Shown piece after piece: positions 37,863 to 50,551 of a stretch of 64,000 nucleotides of DNA. This stretch comes from Podarcis pityusensis. Lineage: Eukaryota. The stretch is from assembly GCA_964106645.2 (NCBI GenBank), contig OZ067040.1, one strand, 5' to 3'. The position numbers were made by a program, and so were the translations under genes. Under the pieces are notes generated by a model, which saw only the letters and a list, made by a program, of their open reading frames with translations, was not told the DNA's origin and searched no databases. How positions within the stretch are numbered: position 1 is the first letter of the stretch; every line of letters starts with the position of its first letter.

Positions 37863-38245
37863 CAGGCGTGGGGAACCTTTTTCATCCCAGGGGCCACACT
37901 ACGCTCTGCACAAACTTATGAGGGCCGCATGCCCATGGTAAGCAGTCCGAGAGGTGAACAGCAGGCAAGACCAGAGGGAGAAGTGGGTGGAGTAACAGAT
38001 ACAGCTGTTAGTACAGTGTGCTGGCTGCAGCCTGGTCGTGCAAAAGTCAGACATTTATCAACATGCATCCACAGTTCTCTGTCCTCTATCCAAAGAGGCA
38101 TTATCACAATTCAAGGCCAAACTCCAGCCAGGCAACAGCATTACAGGGCCAGTGAGGGGACATGGCTAGGAAGAGTGCTGAGGGCCGGTTAGAAAGCCCT
38201 GGAAGGCCACATTTTGGCTCTTGGGCTTGAGGTTCTCCACCCCTG
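37863..38245. mobile_element. old hAT MITE within putative Sigma2 3' UTR (related remnant ~27655-28015)
   Basis: caggcgtggggaacc / ggttctccacccctg ends. Confidence 0.55.
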
Positions 38246-38680
38246 ACCTAGAAGTTAGTAAGTTGTTGAACATTCCAAGCAGTGTGAACCCAGCAACCGC
38301 CAATAAAGCTTAAATGGAAGGACGCTACAAAATTCGTAGTCAGTGTGATCTTACTGTCTCGGCAACCTGTTCCAGTGTTCCTCTTCCCTAGCCAGTGAGT
38401 TGGTTATTTGGTGCATAAACCCCATTGAAAACCATGGGACTCTCTTAGTCCTTTTAAAGTGTTCCTGGAGGGGGGTTTGGAGGGGGGAGAGAGAGAGAGA
38501 AATCCATGCAGATCATGTGAGGCTGAACACAGGACGTCCCTCTTCACCTCATGTGCTGTGTCTTCTTCACAGCATCTTTCAGGCTGCCCTCCTGAACACA
38601 GTTACTAGGGAGCAAACCTTATTGCGCTCTGTGGGATTTAATTTCCAAGGAAGCATGTTTAGGAGTGCAATCTGCAGTAA

Positions 38681-38709
38681 AATAAAATAAATGCCAAAGG
38701 GCCATTAAA
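38681..38709 (+). terminator. candidate poly(A) signals for Sigma2 isoform (AATAAA x2, ATTAAA); another AATAAA at 38302
   Basis: aataaaataaa...gccattaaaa about 1.4 kb after the Sigma2 stop. Confidence 0.4.
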
Positions 38710-41700
38710 ACTGGAGTTTTAATAGTGTGAGCATCCCTTGTTCCTGTTGCTGGGACTGTTTGTTCCCAGTTTCCCCCTTTTCCAAGTTAAGTTAAGCCCT
38801 GGGGGGAAGAGGAACCTTGAACATCTGCCTTCCCCATCCCTCCTAGCATTGCCTCCACAAGGCACATGTACATATATCAGGAAAGGAAGCACCTTCATTT
38901 TCATATGCTCACCTGTCACGCACAGATAAAGAGGATGCTTGCATTTCCCATGCGCTGGCCCTCAACATTCTACCTGGGGAGCTCAGTGCTTTGATGCCCA
39001 GCTTGTTTTTCATCCTACGGCAGGGGTGGGGGACGCTTTTCAGCCCAGAGCAACATTCCCTTCCGGGCGGGGGCAGAGGCACTTGCCAGCGGTGGGAGGA
39101 GCCAGAGGCTAAAGTGGGTGGGGCAATGAGTGAACATTTTACCTCTGCACAGTAGGCTAGTTTCTACATTCTCTCTCACACACATACACCCCTCTCTGTC
39201 CTCCACCCAGGGAAGCAAAAGGCATTGCCAGAGTTCGAGGACACATTCCAGCCAGGCACCGACCGACACTTGGCGCTGCTGGGTCTAAGATTCTCCCCAC
39301 ACCCTACTAGGCTGCAGAGACCTTGGCTTTTTCCATGACTTCAGCCCTTCACATTCCTAGAAGTGTAAGGGGGAAAGGGGGGAAGAGTAGGAAAACGTAT
39401 TAATAGTGAAGGGAAACAGAAGGTGCATCCTCTTTGTTTGTTTAATTATTAGATTTCTATCCCACCTTTACTCCAAAGTGGCATACATGATTCTCTTTCC
39501 CTTCCTCCCCTTTTAATCCACCCAACAGCCCTTTAAGGTTGCACTAGGTTGAGGGGCTTATACCTTTAAGGCTGATGCATAGCCCATATCTGAAACCTCT
39601 GCTCACTGACTCTCAAACCAGGGGTGGAGAAACCTGTGTCTTCTGCAGATCTTGCTAGACTCTGCGTCCCATCGCTCTGACCACTGGCTGTGCTAGATAA
39701 GGTTGATGATGGGAGCTGAGTCTTAACAGCACCTTAGAGAGCCAAAGGTTCACACTCCCCTGCTCTCATTTCCCCCCCTACGAAAGGAGAAGTGCAGGTT
39801 AGGGAAGAGGAAAGGAACCCTTAACAAGCGTGAATCTGCTATTACACGTTAACAGTTTTATTACATTTGTATCCCACACAAGGAACTCAGCCTTGAGGTA
39901 GATTAGGCTGAGAGGTACTACTCAGTTACCTTCTCGGTTGAATGGGAATCTTAATTTGGGCTCCATAGATCTAAACGTCAACCCTCTAGCCCACGCTTAG
40001 CCAGATGTTGTTGATCAACAGCTCCCATCATCCCTGATTATGGCAGGGGCTCATGTTTGAGCCCATCAATTTCTAGAGGGCAGCACAGTGACTACACCTG
40101 CTCTAGACACTTCCATTCTGTGTGAAGGTGGAGAACAGAGGATGGTGACCATAGTATCAAATTACAGATTTTTGGGTAGTGGTAGGGTGGCAACTGTCTT
40201 CTCTTCAAGGAATTCTGGGGAATGTAGTTCCGTGAGGGGGCTAAGGCAGTAGCAAAGGCTGTAGCAGAGACTTGCTTGGCTTATTTAGAGAGAATTAATG
40301 ACAGTTGAATTGGTATCTACTGTGAGTCTATCTGCTGCTACTGTAGGAGGAGGAAGGTGAGGTGTTTGAAGTCCTCAGTGAAACCCAGGGTTCATCTGGC
40401 AATCTTCACCTCTGAATTAGGACCATCAATCCACATGAAAAGACACATTGAAAGGGTAGAGAAATTCCACACTTTCAAAGGAGGGTGGGAAATTCTCTTT
40501 AACCTTACTTGATTGTGGGTAGCGATAAAGATTGCTAAACGTACGTTCTGGGGTTGCAACTTCAGATTCAGTAATTTTACACAAAAGTGGCATTAAGATT
40601 TTTTGTTTACATAAACTTGGATTGTAGCATAGTCGATGGGCGGTTGCCTCAGCTGGTAAAGGTAAAGAATAATTGGCATTTGTTAGATGTCTCCAAATTT
40701 ATTTGTAGTTTTGCCATTTTCCAATGCGGCCTTGATTTCCTCCCATGAAGAATTTCTGCTGCAATCTTTACCACCGGTATAAGGGTTAGTTAGTTATTAA
40801 CCTTTATAATTAGCAAACCACACTTGATAAATCTAGTTTCCCTTTGCTGAACCTCCAAGTCTACATTAAGGTGTACCGGTTATCAGTTTAGTTTCTCAAA
40901 GTGTACCTGGCAACATTTGTGAGGAGTGAGAAGGCTAGGATTTTATTCTTCCATGCAACCATGTCTTTCTTCATTATCATACATGTCTCTCTCTCTCTCT
41001 TCCTCCCCCTCTCATCAGGATATCACCGTATAACTTCTTAATTCATGCTCTTTAGATTTCCTTATATCAATGTGTTGACATGTTTTGGTGCTTCCTTTAC
41101 ACCAGTTCTAGGTTGCTGCCCCTCAAAGTGCATTAAACCCTGCAGGAACCAGAGATGCCTTTTTGACCCTTGGCCAGGCAAAGGGACTGTTCCAAACCTG
41201 TTCTATCCTGTAGCCAAAAATGCCTAAGGGATGCTCAGTTTCCTCATATAATGGCAACATAGAGCTCTAGCATTCAGGGGAAAACTGGAGGGAAAGATAC
41301 CTCAAACCTGAATCTCAGGCAGCGAAGGACACTGCAGTCCTCTCTGTTAATAGCTGCCTACATTTTTTTGGTTCCGAAAAATTGTGGCATTTCACAGAAC
41401 AACGCGTGGGTTGTCATTTCCTTGCGCAGATCCCTTGATTCCTCATCTCATAGTACAGAGGCTCAAGGAGGTGGACGACTGAATGTAGATCTTGATTCAT
41501 GCACTTTGAAAAGCAAACTCTGGGGGAGCGGGGATGTATTCCATGTTGCGTCCCCCGCTGCTGTGTTGCATCAGGATTTAAATACCTCAAGAATCAGCTA
41601 ACAAACTCAGCTGACTTGCAGTTAACCTTCCAATGATGACAACGTGTATTCATAACATGCTTGTGTTTATCTGTTGTTGTTGTTGTTGTTGTTGTTAACC

Positions 41701-42186
41701 ATTGTCACCCATGGTGTTTTGTCTGCATGCTCAAAGCATGTTTCCATTAAAGTTTTGTTTAGCTCTTATTATTTCCCCCCGTGTGTCACCATGCATCATT
41801 TGCATACATGCTTGTTATTGTTGTTGTTGTTGTTGTTGTTGTTATTCTGTTCATTGCGGAAACCGTTTCTGAAAGCAGGCTGCAAAAATACTGAAAAGCA
41901 ACCCAACAGCTTTGTTCATAATCTTAACAAGATGGCCGTGCTGCAGCGAGCTAAAGCCAGATCCGCAGCAGTCTTTGCTTGCATGAGCACAAGTGCCTTC
42001 CCTATGCTTCTTTCCCTAGTCTCTGCCAGTACAGGCAAGCAAGCCCTGGGCAACCCAGGAGTCGGATGAGCAGCCACGGAAGTTGCCAGAAACAGGCAAG
42101 AATACAGAGGCTGTGTGTCTGGCTCTCAGGTTTCCCTCAGACTTGACCCACCTGTACTGCTAGGAAGGTGGCATTACCACAATGCA

Positions 42187-42682
42187 CCGTGTTTTTCGCT
42201 CTATAAGACGCACCCGGCCATAAGACACACCTAGTTTTAGAGGAGGAGAACAAGAAAAAAAATGTTCTCTCCCTCTCTGCTCAGTGCCTCTCCAGCAAAG
42301 CGGGAGGAGAAACGGAGCCCCTTCCATTTCTCCTCCCGCTTCGCTGAAGGGGTGCTGCGCAGAGAGGGAAAGCTGCGCAGCGGCTCTCCAGCAAAGCAAA
42401 GCCAGGAGAGCAAGAGGGATCGATCCCTCTTGCTCTCCTGGCTTCAGGGATAGCCGCCCAGAGCCTCCTGAGCGCAGCAGGAGCGCTTCCGCTGGGCTGC
42501 AGAGGCTTCGCGTTGCTTTCGCCGAAGCCAGGAGAGCAAGAGGGATCGGTGTGCACCGATCCCTCTTGCTCTCCTGGCTTCAGCGAAAGCTGCGCAGGCT
42601 GCACTCTCTCCATAAGATGCACACACATTTCCCCTTACTTTTTAGGAGGGGGAAAGTGCGTCTTATAGAGCGAAAAATACGG
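42187..42682. mobile_element. Tc1/mariner-type MITE family D, longer copy with internal palindromic repeats
   Basis: Same TIRs as 26653-26899; gccaggagagcaagagggatcg / cgatccctcttgctctcctggc hairpins twice. Confidence 0.8.
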
Positions 42683-43132
42683 TGTAATATTGATGGCCTG
42701 GTTTGCAAATATAGTTGATTCTATTCCACAAAATTCCTTTATTTTTCCCAGTTGGTGGAATCTGAATGGAGGAGCGTCCACCCAGAGCCTGGTCCTTTTT
42801 GGTGAATCGGGCACTGCCCCACCAACCTTGGTCTGCCCTCCTTGTTCCACCACCAATTGCCCTACTACTTGCAGCTAGGCCAACGGGGCCTGAACTGCAT
42901 GTCACCTTCATCCTCTCCTGCCTCAGTGCTGCACTTGTAAAACTCAGCCGGGAGGAAGATGGGGACAAAAGTTGAATTAGTTGGCTCTTGCCTCCCATTG
43001 GCTCTGGCTCTGCCTGTCTGGGCTCTGGGTCCAACTTCTGTTGGTGTCCCCACTTTCTGCCCTGCCAGTCCCAAGGGGCACCAGGCCCTGCTGGCTCCCA
43101 CAAGTCTCTCTTTTTACATTCCCTGCTCTAAT

Positions 43133-43302
43133 GCAGCCTGGATAGCTCAGTTGGTTAGACCATGGTGCTGATAACACCAAGGTTGCAGGTTCGATCCCTG
43201 TATGAACCAGCTGCATATTCCTGCATTGCAGGGGGTTGGACTAGATGATCCTCAGGGTCCCTTCCAACTCTACAGTTCTATGATTCTATGATTCTATGAT
43301 TC
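43133..43302 (+). mobile_element. SINE with tRNA-Ile-like head and CR1-type tail
   Basis: tagctcagttggttaga..gctgataacaccaagg..ggttcgatccc then CR1 3' end and (ttctatga)n. Confidence 0.8.
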
Positions 43303-44140
43303 TCTACCAGCCTTTCCCAACCATTGTGCCTGCCAGATCACTTGGACTATGACTCCCATCAGCCCTAGTCAGCATGGCGATGGTCCGAAACATCTGGAGG
43401 GCACCAGGTTGGGAAAGCCTGCTCTATACCTAGAGACCTCTGATTTAACGTCTCTTGGCCACTCATTCAAAACCTCCAAGGAAGCGAATTCAAGTGTCTC
43501 TATGGAAACTCTGGTTCCATTATTTGATTTCTCTTTTACTAATCCTAGGAAGTTTCCCCTAGTTTTTGAGCAAAGCCTACTTTCTCCTCATCTCTCATCC
43601 CCAAGTGAGAGTAACCATAAAAAACACAAAACTAAGAGTTAACATGGTGGGGGGAGTTACGCACATTAAATTTAGTTCAGGATTTGGGTTCTCTCCTGGG
43701 ATATTAAGTTATTTCATAAGGGGAGAGGGGGGTTGATACTGTGCCAGCAAAACTTGACCATTGGAGCCTGGACTGGTTCTTGGTTCAAAGGATTGGGGTG
43801 AGGTGAGGTGAGCTGTTAAAAAAAAAAAAAAAAGGCTCTGGGTAGCTTGCAGTGCAATCCTGTAAATGTCTACTCAGAAGCAAGCCCCACAGAGTCCAGT
43901 AGTTCCTATTTCCATATAAGGGAGTATAGGACCGCAGCCTTAAAAAACAGCAGAATCTGATGCATATTTATCCAGCTGTAAATCCCATTGTTTCCAGTGA
44001 AGTTGAGTTCACTAGGAGTAGGATTGTGGCTGAAAGCTGGGAGGGAACGGGTGCATTGAGCCTCCCAAAGGAGGGAGTTTCAAACTTGGGTGCCACTACC
44101 TAGAAGGCCTTAGCCCATGGATGACTGGAGGCCTTTAGTA

Positions 44141-44495
44141 CAGTGGTGCCTCGCAAGACGAAATTAATTCGTTCCGCGAGTTTTGTCGTCTTGCGATTTT
44201 TTTCGTCTTGCGAAGCACGGTGTCGGGAAAGTTTTGGAAAAGCTTCAAAAATCACCAAAGTCTTTAAAAACCTCAAAAAAGGCTACCACACCGCGTTCTA
44301 TGAGTTGCTCCTCGAAGTCAAGTCGCAACTGTATTAACGGTGTTAAGAAAAAGGAAACAAACTTGCAAGACGTTTCCGTCTTGCGAAGCAAGCCCATAGG
44401 GAAAATCGTCTTGCGAAGCAGCTCAAAAAACAAAAAACCCTTTCGTCTAGCGAGTTTTTTGTCTTGCGAGGCATTCGTCTTGTGAGGTACCACTG
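44141..44495. mobile_element. Tc1/mariner-type MITE family F
   Basis: TA|CAGTGGTGCCTCGCAAGACG...CGTCTTGTGAGGTACCACTG|TA. Confidence 0.85.
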
Positions 44496-46092
44496 TATTT
44501 GGCCAACATACTGGAATGGGAGTCAATGCTACCAGCCACCTTTCCCAGGGATCAACCCAAACAGTTGTAGCAAAAGTGGAAGATGTACAGCTTGCTGCGT
44601 AATAATTCTGCTGCTTCTGAATTGTCTGAATCCTGGCCGGAGCAGCAAAAAATGTCTTTTAATTACTGTGTCCTTGGCGAATCCTTGCTTGTCCTCAATG
44701 TGAAAAAAATTTAAAAATGGCGCAGTGTTTGTAATCTACTACTAGAGCATTGAGCGGTGCTGGGCTTTAGTAACTTGCTAATAACCACAATCCCTATACT
44801 CCTCTGCGGGCTGATACCAGTGGCTTTTCTGCGGCACAGAATTCCAAGTCCCGACTCCTTTAATCAATGTTATCCGTCCCGCCTGGGACTGAGCCACTGT
44901 TGCCAAAGATTAAAGTTTCAGGATTCCGGTTGTAAATGATTTGGGTGATGAAATGGCTGCTGAAGACATCACGGATCTGCCCAGTCAGAGCTGGCCCCAC
45001 TAGGCATCTCAGTTACAGTACAGCAGGCATCGAGACCAGCAAGGCGACAGATGGCCAAGGCCTTGGTTCTATCTTTGTCTTGGGGGTAAATAGACGTGTG
45101 GAGTTGAGTGGTTGTAGTGTTTTCCTGGCTCCTTTAACACCCAATCCGATCCACCCGATTCCAAAGTCCGACGATAAGAGACTTTGAGATAAATTAACGT
45201 TTTAACTGTCCACCCTGCCTCGTTCCACCTTCCTCTCCCCTCTAAACCTGCCTGTCTTTGACGATCCAAGCTCTTCTAACTAGGACGGGGGACACGATGA
45301 CATTGCATGCTGCCCTCGGATATTCCCCACCAGTTTCTGCATGTTGTCTTCTGATTATGTTGTCACCTTGGGGATGGGTGTGATGGAGTGGGGGAATTTG
45401 CAGGTGGGTCCGGGTCACATCGGGGTGCTTCTGTGAATGCTGTTAGCAATACTCTTTCCACTGGCTTAATGCATCTATAGAGGTACTGCACAGACCCAGC
45501 GGCAGTAACGTTGTAGATGCATTGAAAGGCGGCTGACGTGAATCAGTTGGCTTTCTCTTCCTTTTTCACGATCTTTCTGAACTTAACAGAAGTGAGATTC
45601 TTACTGTTGCAATATTGGAACAGTCAAAAACGCTTGCGGTTGACAAGTGCGGCCACAATCCTGGGCCCAGTTTCTTATTCCCAGTTACGGAACAGCAAAG
45701 AATTGCGTTCTCTATAGCCTCTTAATAGAGAAGTCCTTGTTGCATGTACAGTTTGCCTTTGCTCAATCATGGCATTTTAAGGATTTGATCAGCAAAGCCA
45801 AGAGCGGTAAAACTCTCACAGATGGGTTACCCTCTCCCTTTCTCCTGTTCCTTCACCTCTATCAATTGGGTACTAATCTAATGATACCGTTCTAATTCCT
45901 CCAGCCCTCTGTTTCTTCAATGGGGAGGGGGCGAGAGTAGTTTTACTGGAACCCCCTGGGCTTTTGTACACAGCTTGGGGCCAAGCCTTGCAAACGGAAC
46001 ATTTAAGATGTTCTTTGATTAAACGAGAAAGTGCTGCGTGCAACAGCCTTGCCGCCGGACAGTGGCTTACGTGTCCCACTCTTGTTTCTTAG

Positions 46093-46331
46093 ATGGGAGA
46101 GTCGAGGGAAGCCAACGAAATGGTCAATGGAGCAGCGGACCAGAGGACAAGCTCCAAAGAGACCAGTCCCGTCCCTTCGCCGACTGCCGATCGCAAAGCC
46201 AAGGCTGGCCTCCAGGCCCAGACAGCCGCCACCCTCCCGGCCAAAACGCAAGAAGCCCCTTCCACTCTGATGGAGGGCTTCTTGCATCGCAAACACGAAT
46301 GGGAGTCACACAACAAGAAGGCTTCAAACAG
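46093..46331 (+). CDS. SPTBN1: exon 22/25 (MGESREANEMVNG...HNKKASNR), start of PH domain
   Basis: cttag| ... |gtttgt; MEGFLHRKHEWE PH beta-1 motif. Confidence 0.93.
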
Positions 46332-46334
46332 GTT

Positions 46335-48488
46335 TGTTAGGTTTGCTCCGTGCTTCTCCACCTCTGGAGGATCCCCAGAGCTCCAGTATGTTCTTCCTTC
46401 GTGGTATACAAGTGGGGGTCATCGCCGCTTCATCACTGGATTCCCCCCCCCCAAGTTTCCCCTTTATCCTCCTTCCCCCACCCCTATTTCCTTATTTCCC
46501 ACCAACCTCTTGTTAGAGACTTGCCACCACTAAGGCTTCTGGTCCCAGACCCCCCGATTCCCAATATCATTTGTTTTCTTGTTCCCTCCTTACTTGCTCA
46601 AAGGGCGAGGGCTGCCCCCTCCAAATATCCTTTTCTCCTCTCCTCTTCCTTTGGACGCTGCTTTATTTTTTTTTTTTTTTGCAAGTAAATTTTTATTCAG
46701 AATTTGTACAAAAAAAAAAAAGAAAAAAGAACTAACAGATACAAAAATAAACATTTTAACATAAATTATTCATCCTATTTTCATTCTATACAAAAAGAAA
46801 ACATACAATCATACAAAAAATAATAATATAACCGTTAGGCTCTCCTTAGCCTTTGACTTCCCTTCACCCTTTTGGTAAGTGTCAAATAAATCTCGGATTG
46901 CGTAATTAGTTTATTAAAGTTTATAGTTATTAGCTGATAAAGTTTTTCTAATACCGCCAGTTCCTCCTATATATCCGTTCCAATATATTTCCAAAATTTA
47001 CTCCAATTTTTTTGAAATTTCTGGTCGTCTTGGTCTCGTATTCTGCCTGTTAATCTATCTAGCTCGGCATAGTTGATCATTTTGACCTGCCAGTCACTTA
47101 TGTTAGGAATAGTTTCTATTTTCCAGTTTTGTGCCAGCATAATTCTTGCGGCTGTGGTGGCATAGAGAAATATTTTTTTATCTTCATTTTTTATTTCCTT
47201 ACCCATTATTCCCAGCAAAAAGGCCTCAGGTCTCTTGGGAAAAGTATATTTAAAAACTTTTTTAAGTTCATTATAAATTGCTTCCCAAAAAACCTTCACC
47301 TTGTTGCATTGCCACCACATATGGTAGAGGTCTCCCTCCACTTCACCACATTTCCAGCATGTCTTATTTTCTGATCTATAGATTTTAGCCAATTTTGCCG
47401 GCGTAAGATACCATCTATAGAGCATTTTCCAAACATTTTCTCTCAAACTCGTACAGGCCGTAAATTTAATATCTCTATTCCACAATTTCAACCACTTTTC
47501 AAACTCGATGTTATAACCGAAGTCAATTGCCCATTTAATCATTGCCTCTTTGACTTCCTCGTCTTTTGTATGCCATTCCAGTAATATGTCATATAATTTA
47601 GACAATGTTTTGTTTTTGCCTTCTATTATTTCTATATTGAATTTTGATTTCTTGTCCTCAAAGCCCATTTTTCTTTTATCTTGTTTTAACATATCATTCA
47701 CCTGATGATATTGTAGCCAACCGGTGAATTGATCCTTTATTTCCTCATACGGTTTAAGTTTAAGCCCTTGTTCTGATTTTCTTACCAAATCTTCGTAGGT
47801 GGCTGTCTTCCCTTCCATGTTATTTTTTTTTTATTGTTAAGACCTCTACTGGTGAAATCCACCATGGTGTTTTTCTTTCGAGAAGGTTCTTATTTCTTTC
47901 CCAGACCTGATATATTGGTCCTTTGGACGCTGCTTTAGAGGGCGCTGTCCCGCTCTGCACTGTGGCCAGGCTCCACGGGGGTGTAGGACAAGGTGAGGTT
48001 CGAGCTGGAGGCAGGGTCAGGCTGTGCCCGGGGAAACACGGGCCCCTGAAGTTGCTCCAGCAAGGAACGAGCTGAAACGAGGGGCTGTACCCCTGCTCCC
48101 TCCTCCCGCCCGCGCCCCTGTTCCGCATGCAGCTACTCAGCTCGCTACTCCCCTTCCCAAACGTGTTTCTCTCTTCTGTTCCGCGGTCCCACTTTGCACC
48201 CCTGTTTTCACTTCCACCCCGTGCCTGTGCCTCCTCGCCTCGCCTTCTGTGCAACCTCCCTTGCACACAGGCACCCCCCCCCCCGATAATCTCCTGCATC
48301 TTCCTCCTCCCATACATTGCAACCTCCGAAGTATCCACCTCGTGGTCCCTGTTCCTGTTTGCTGCTCACTCTGCAAGCAGGGCGGAATGTGTGTCCCAAA
48401 AATTCCTCTCTGCTCTCCTGCATTTCTCGGCTTTCCTCTTTCTGACTCTTCCTGGAGCCTAAGAATATCCTCCCTTAGTGTTGTCACT
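46335..48488 (-). mobile_element. possible degenerate LTR-like element split by the L1
   Basis: Composition like the solo LTR at 13293; TGTTA start; no TSD found. Confidence 0.3.
46666..47918 (-). mobile_element. 5'-truncated L1-clade LINE (ORF2 C-terminal cysteine-rich domain)
   Basis: 283-aa ORF with CWKC..H..WWQC; poly(T) at 46666; 19-bp TSD TCCTTTGGACGCTGCTTTA (46647-46665, 47919-47937). Confidence 0.9.
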
Positions 48489-49304
48489 TCCTCTCTGCAT
48501 GGCTGAAAGGAGAGGGGTGACCACCAGCCATCCTGTCCTCATTTATGGCAGTGGCCCTCCTGCAAAGACTTACACAGATGGGGTGAGCATTCCAGATTCC
48601 TGCTCACAAGGATTCACAGCCAAACTCAAAACTCCTCAAGGATTTTTGTCGTCAGGTGGCATGCGGATAATATAAATAATCTGAATTGATTTATCTCTTG
48701 ATAGATTTGATTTTGGTCCCCTTCTATCTCAGATGCTTACAGCATCACACACTCTCCCCACCCCCTTGGTTTTGCTGGCTATTTTCATCTTGAAATGTCG
48801 AGGTTTTAAGTGGATTGGTGGTTTTCATTGCATCGTGTCAGAATCCTTTTTGGATCGAAAAAGGCAAGATAGAAATAACCAAGTAAACAATGTTGAATAA
48901 ATGATGCATCCAAGTTGATAGCTTTCAGGCTTGGCAGCTTCCCCTCTGAAAACACCCAGCATGTTTACTTCCAAATAGTGCTGCTATTTATCTACCCTCT
49001 CTCAAAATATCAGCGCTGGGTACAGCAATATAGAAACATTTTAGAAAACCATTAGGCACAGCACATAAAATCATTAAGATGCAAAAACCCTAATGGCATA
49101 GCATTGAGAAATCTCTTCTGTTTTTGCAAGCAACCTGTTCTCTCTGTCTCCCTCTCCCTTTTATAACAGAGCTGTGTCGTGCAAACTTCTTGCCCATAAA
49201 CCGTTTTATCTTCTCGCAGAAAAAGAGCTTTGATTTGCTTATGCAATGCTGCAGCATTAGAAAAGCAAGGAGGAAGCTGCGCTTATCCGTGACGGCGGCC
49301 TTAA

Positions 49305-49511
<207 letters not shown>

Positions 49512-50239
49512 TAAGGCACCTCTTCCTGCAGGAGAAGGAGAGAGAGAGAGAGAGACTTTTCCTTTTCCCCACAGGGATGGGAACTGATAGTTCCCAGGCT
49601 CCCTGCACCAGCGGTTTGCAGACATTATCCACATCCACCGATCTTCTGAGCAACTGCATTCACTGTAGGAATAAGGGAGGCGACAGGAGGTTGAATGCAG
49701 GTGAGCTGTGCAGAAGCACGCTGGCAACTGTGCTCCAAGCAAGCTGCCGGCTAGCTCTGCCGAGGCTCCTTTTATTAGCAGAAGTCAGCAATTGGAAACA
49801 ATAGTGAAACCACCCTGAACTTAACATATTTCCATGTACGCACATTGCTAGTGTTAGCAAATACACGTGTCAGCAGGTGCTTCCATTGAATGTTCCCAGA
49901 TACTTGATTACGTCTGTGTTCCCTGCCATGCTCCAGCCAAGCGTTATGTCTAGTAAACAAATCTGCGAAAGGACAAAAGGTCAGGGGGGGGGGAACCCTG
50001 TTTTCTAGGCAAGAAGGCAAAAGGTCAGGGAAAGCAGGCGCAACACTCCTTGACATACTGTTGCATGTCTGGTGCAAGGTTTGCCTTCGCAAAGCGGAGC
50101 GTTACCTCCACAATTCACAGCACAACCCCTGGGTGCTGCAGATGACATGGCCCTCTAGAAATGTCCCGAGATCAGTTCACAGGGGATATCTGGGTTGGGC
50201 CTCGTTCTTTCCCTTTAATTCCTCTCTTAAGGACTTTAG

Positions 50240-50551
50240 GGGACGCGGGTGGCGCTGTGGGTTAAACCACAGAGCCTAGGACTTGCCGATCAGAAGGTCG
50301 GCAGTTCGAATCCCCCCGACGGGGTGAGCTCCCGTTGCTCGGTCCCTTTTCCTGCCAACCTAGCAGTTCGAAAGCACATCAAAGTGCAAGTAGATAAATA
50401 GGTACCACTCCAGCGGGAAGGTAAACGGCGTTTCCATGCGCTGCTCTGGTTCGCCAGAAGCAGCTTAGTCATGCTGGCCACATGACCCGGAAGCTGTACG
50501 CCGGCTCCCTCGGCCAATAAAGCGAGATGAACACCGCAACCCCAGAGTCGG
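50240..50551 (+). mobile_element. Sauria SINE (3' truncated)
   Basis: gggacgcgggtggcgctgtgggttaaacc... consensus. Confidence 0.88.

Noticed and set aside
41632-41680. ATGATGA box-C-like motif (snoRNA?) or a small exon after ttgcag
   Set aside because: No downstream CTGA box D or terminal stem; the putative exon has an in-frame TGA and no convincing donor.
43133-43205. tRNA-Ile-like sequence
   Set aside because: Acceptor stem does not pair and it runs into a CR1-type tail, so it is a SINE head rather than a tRNA gene.
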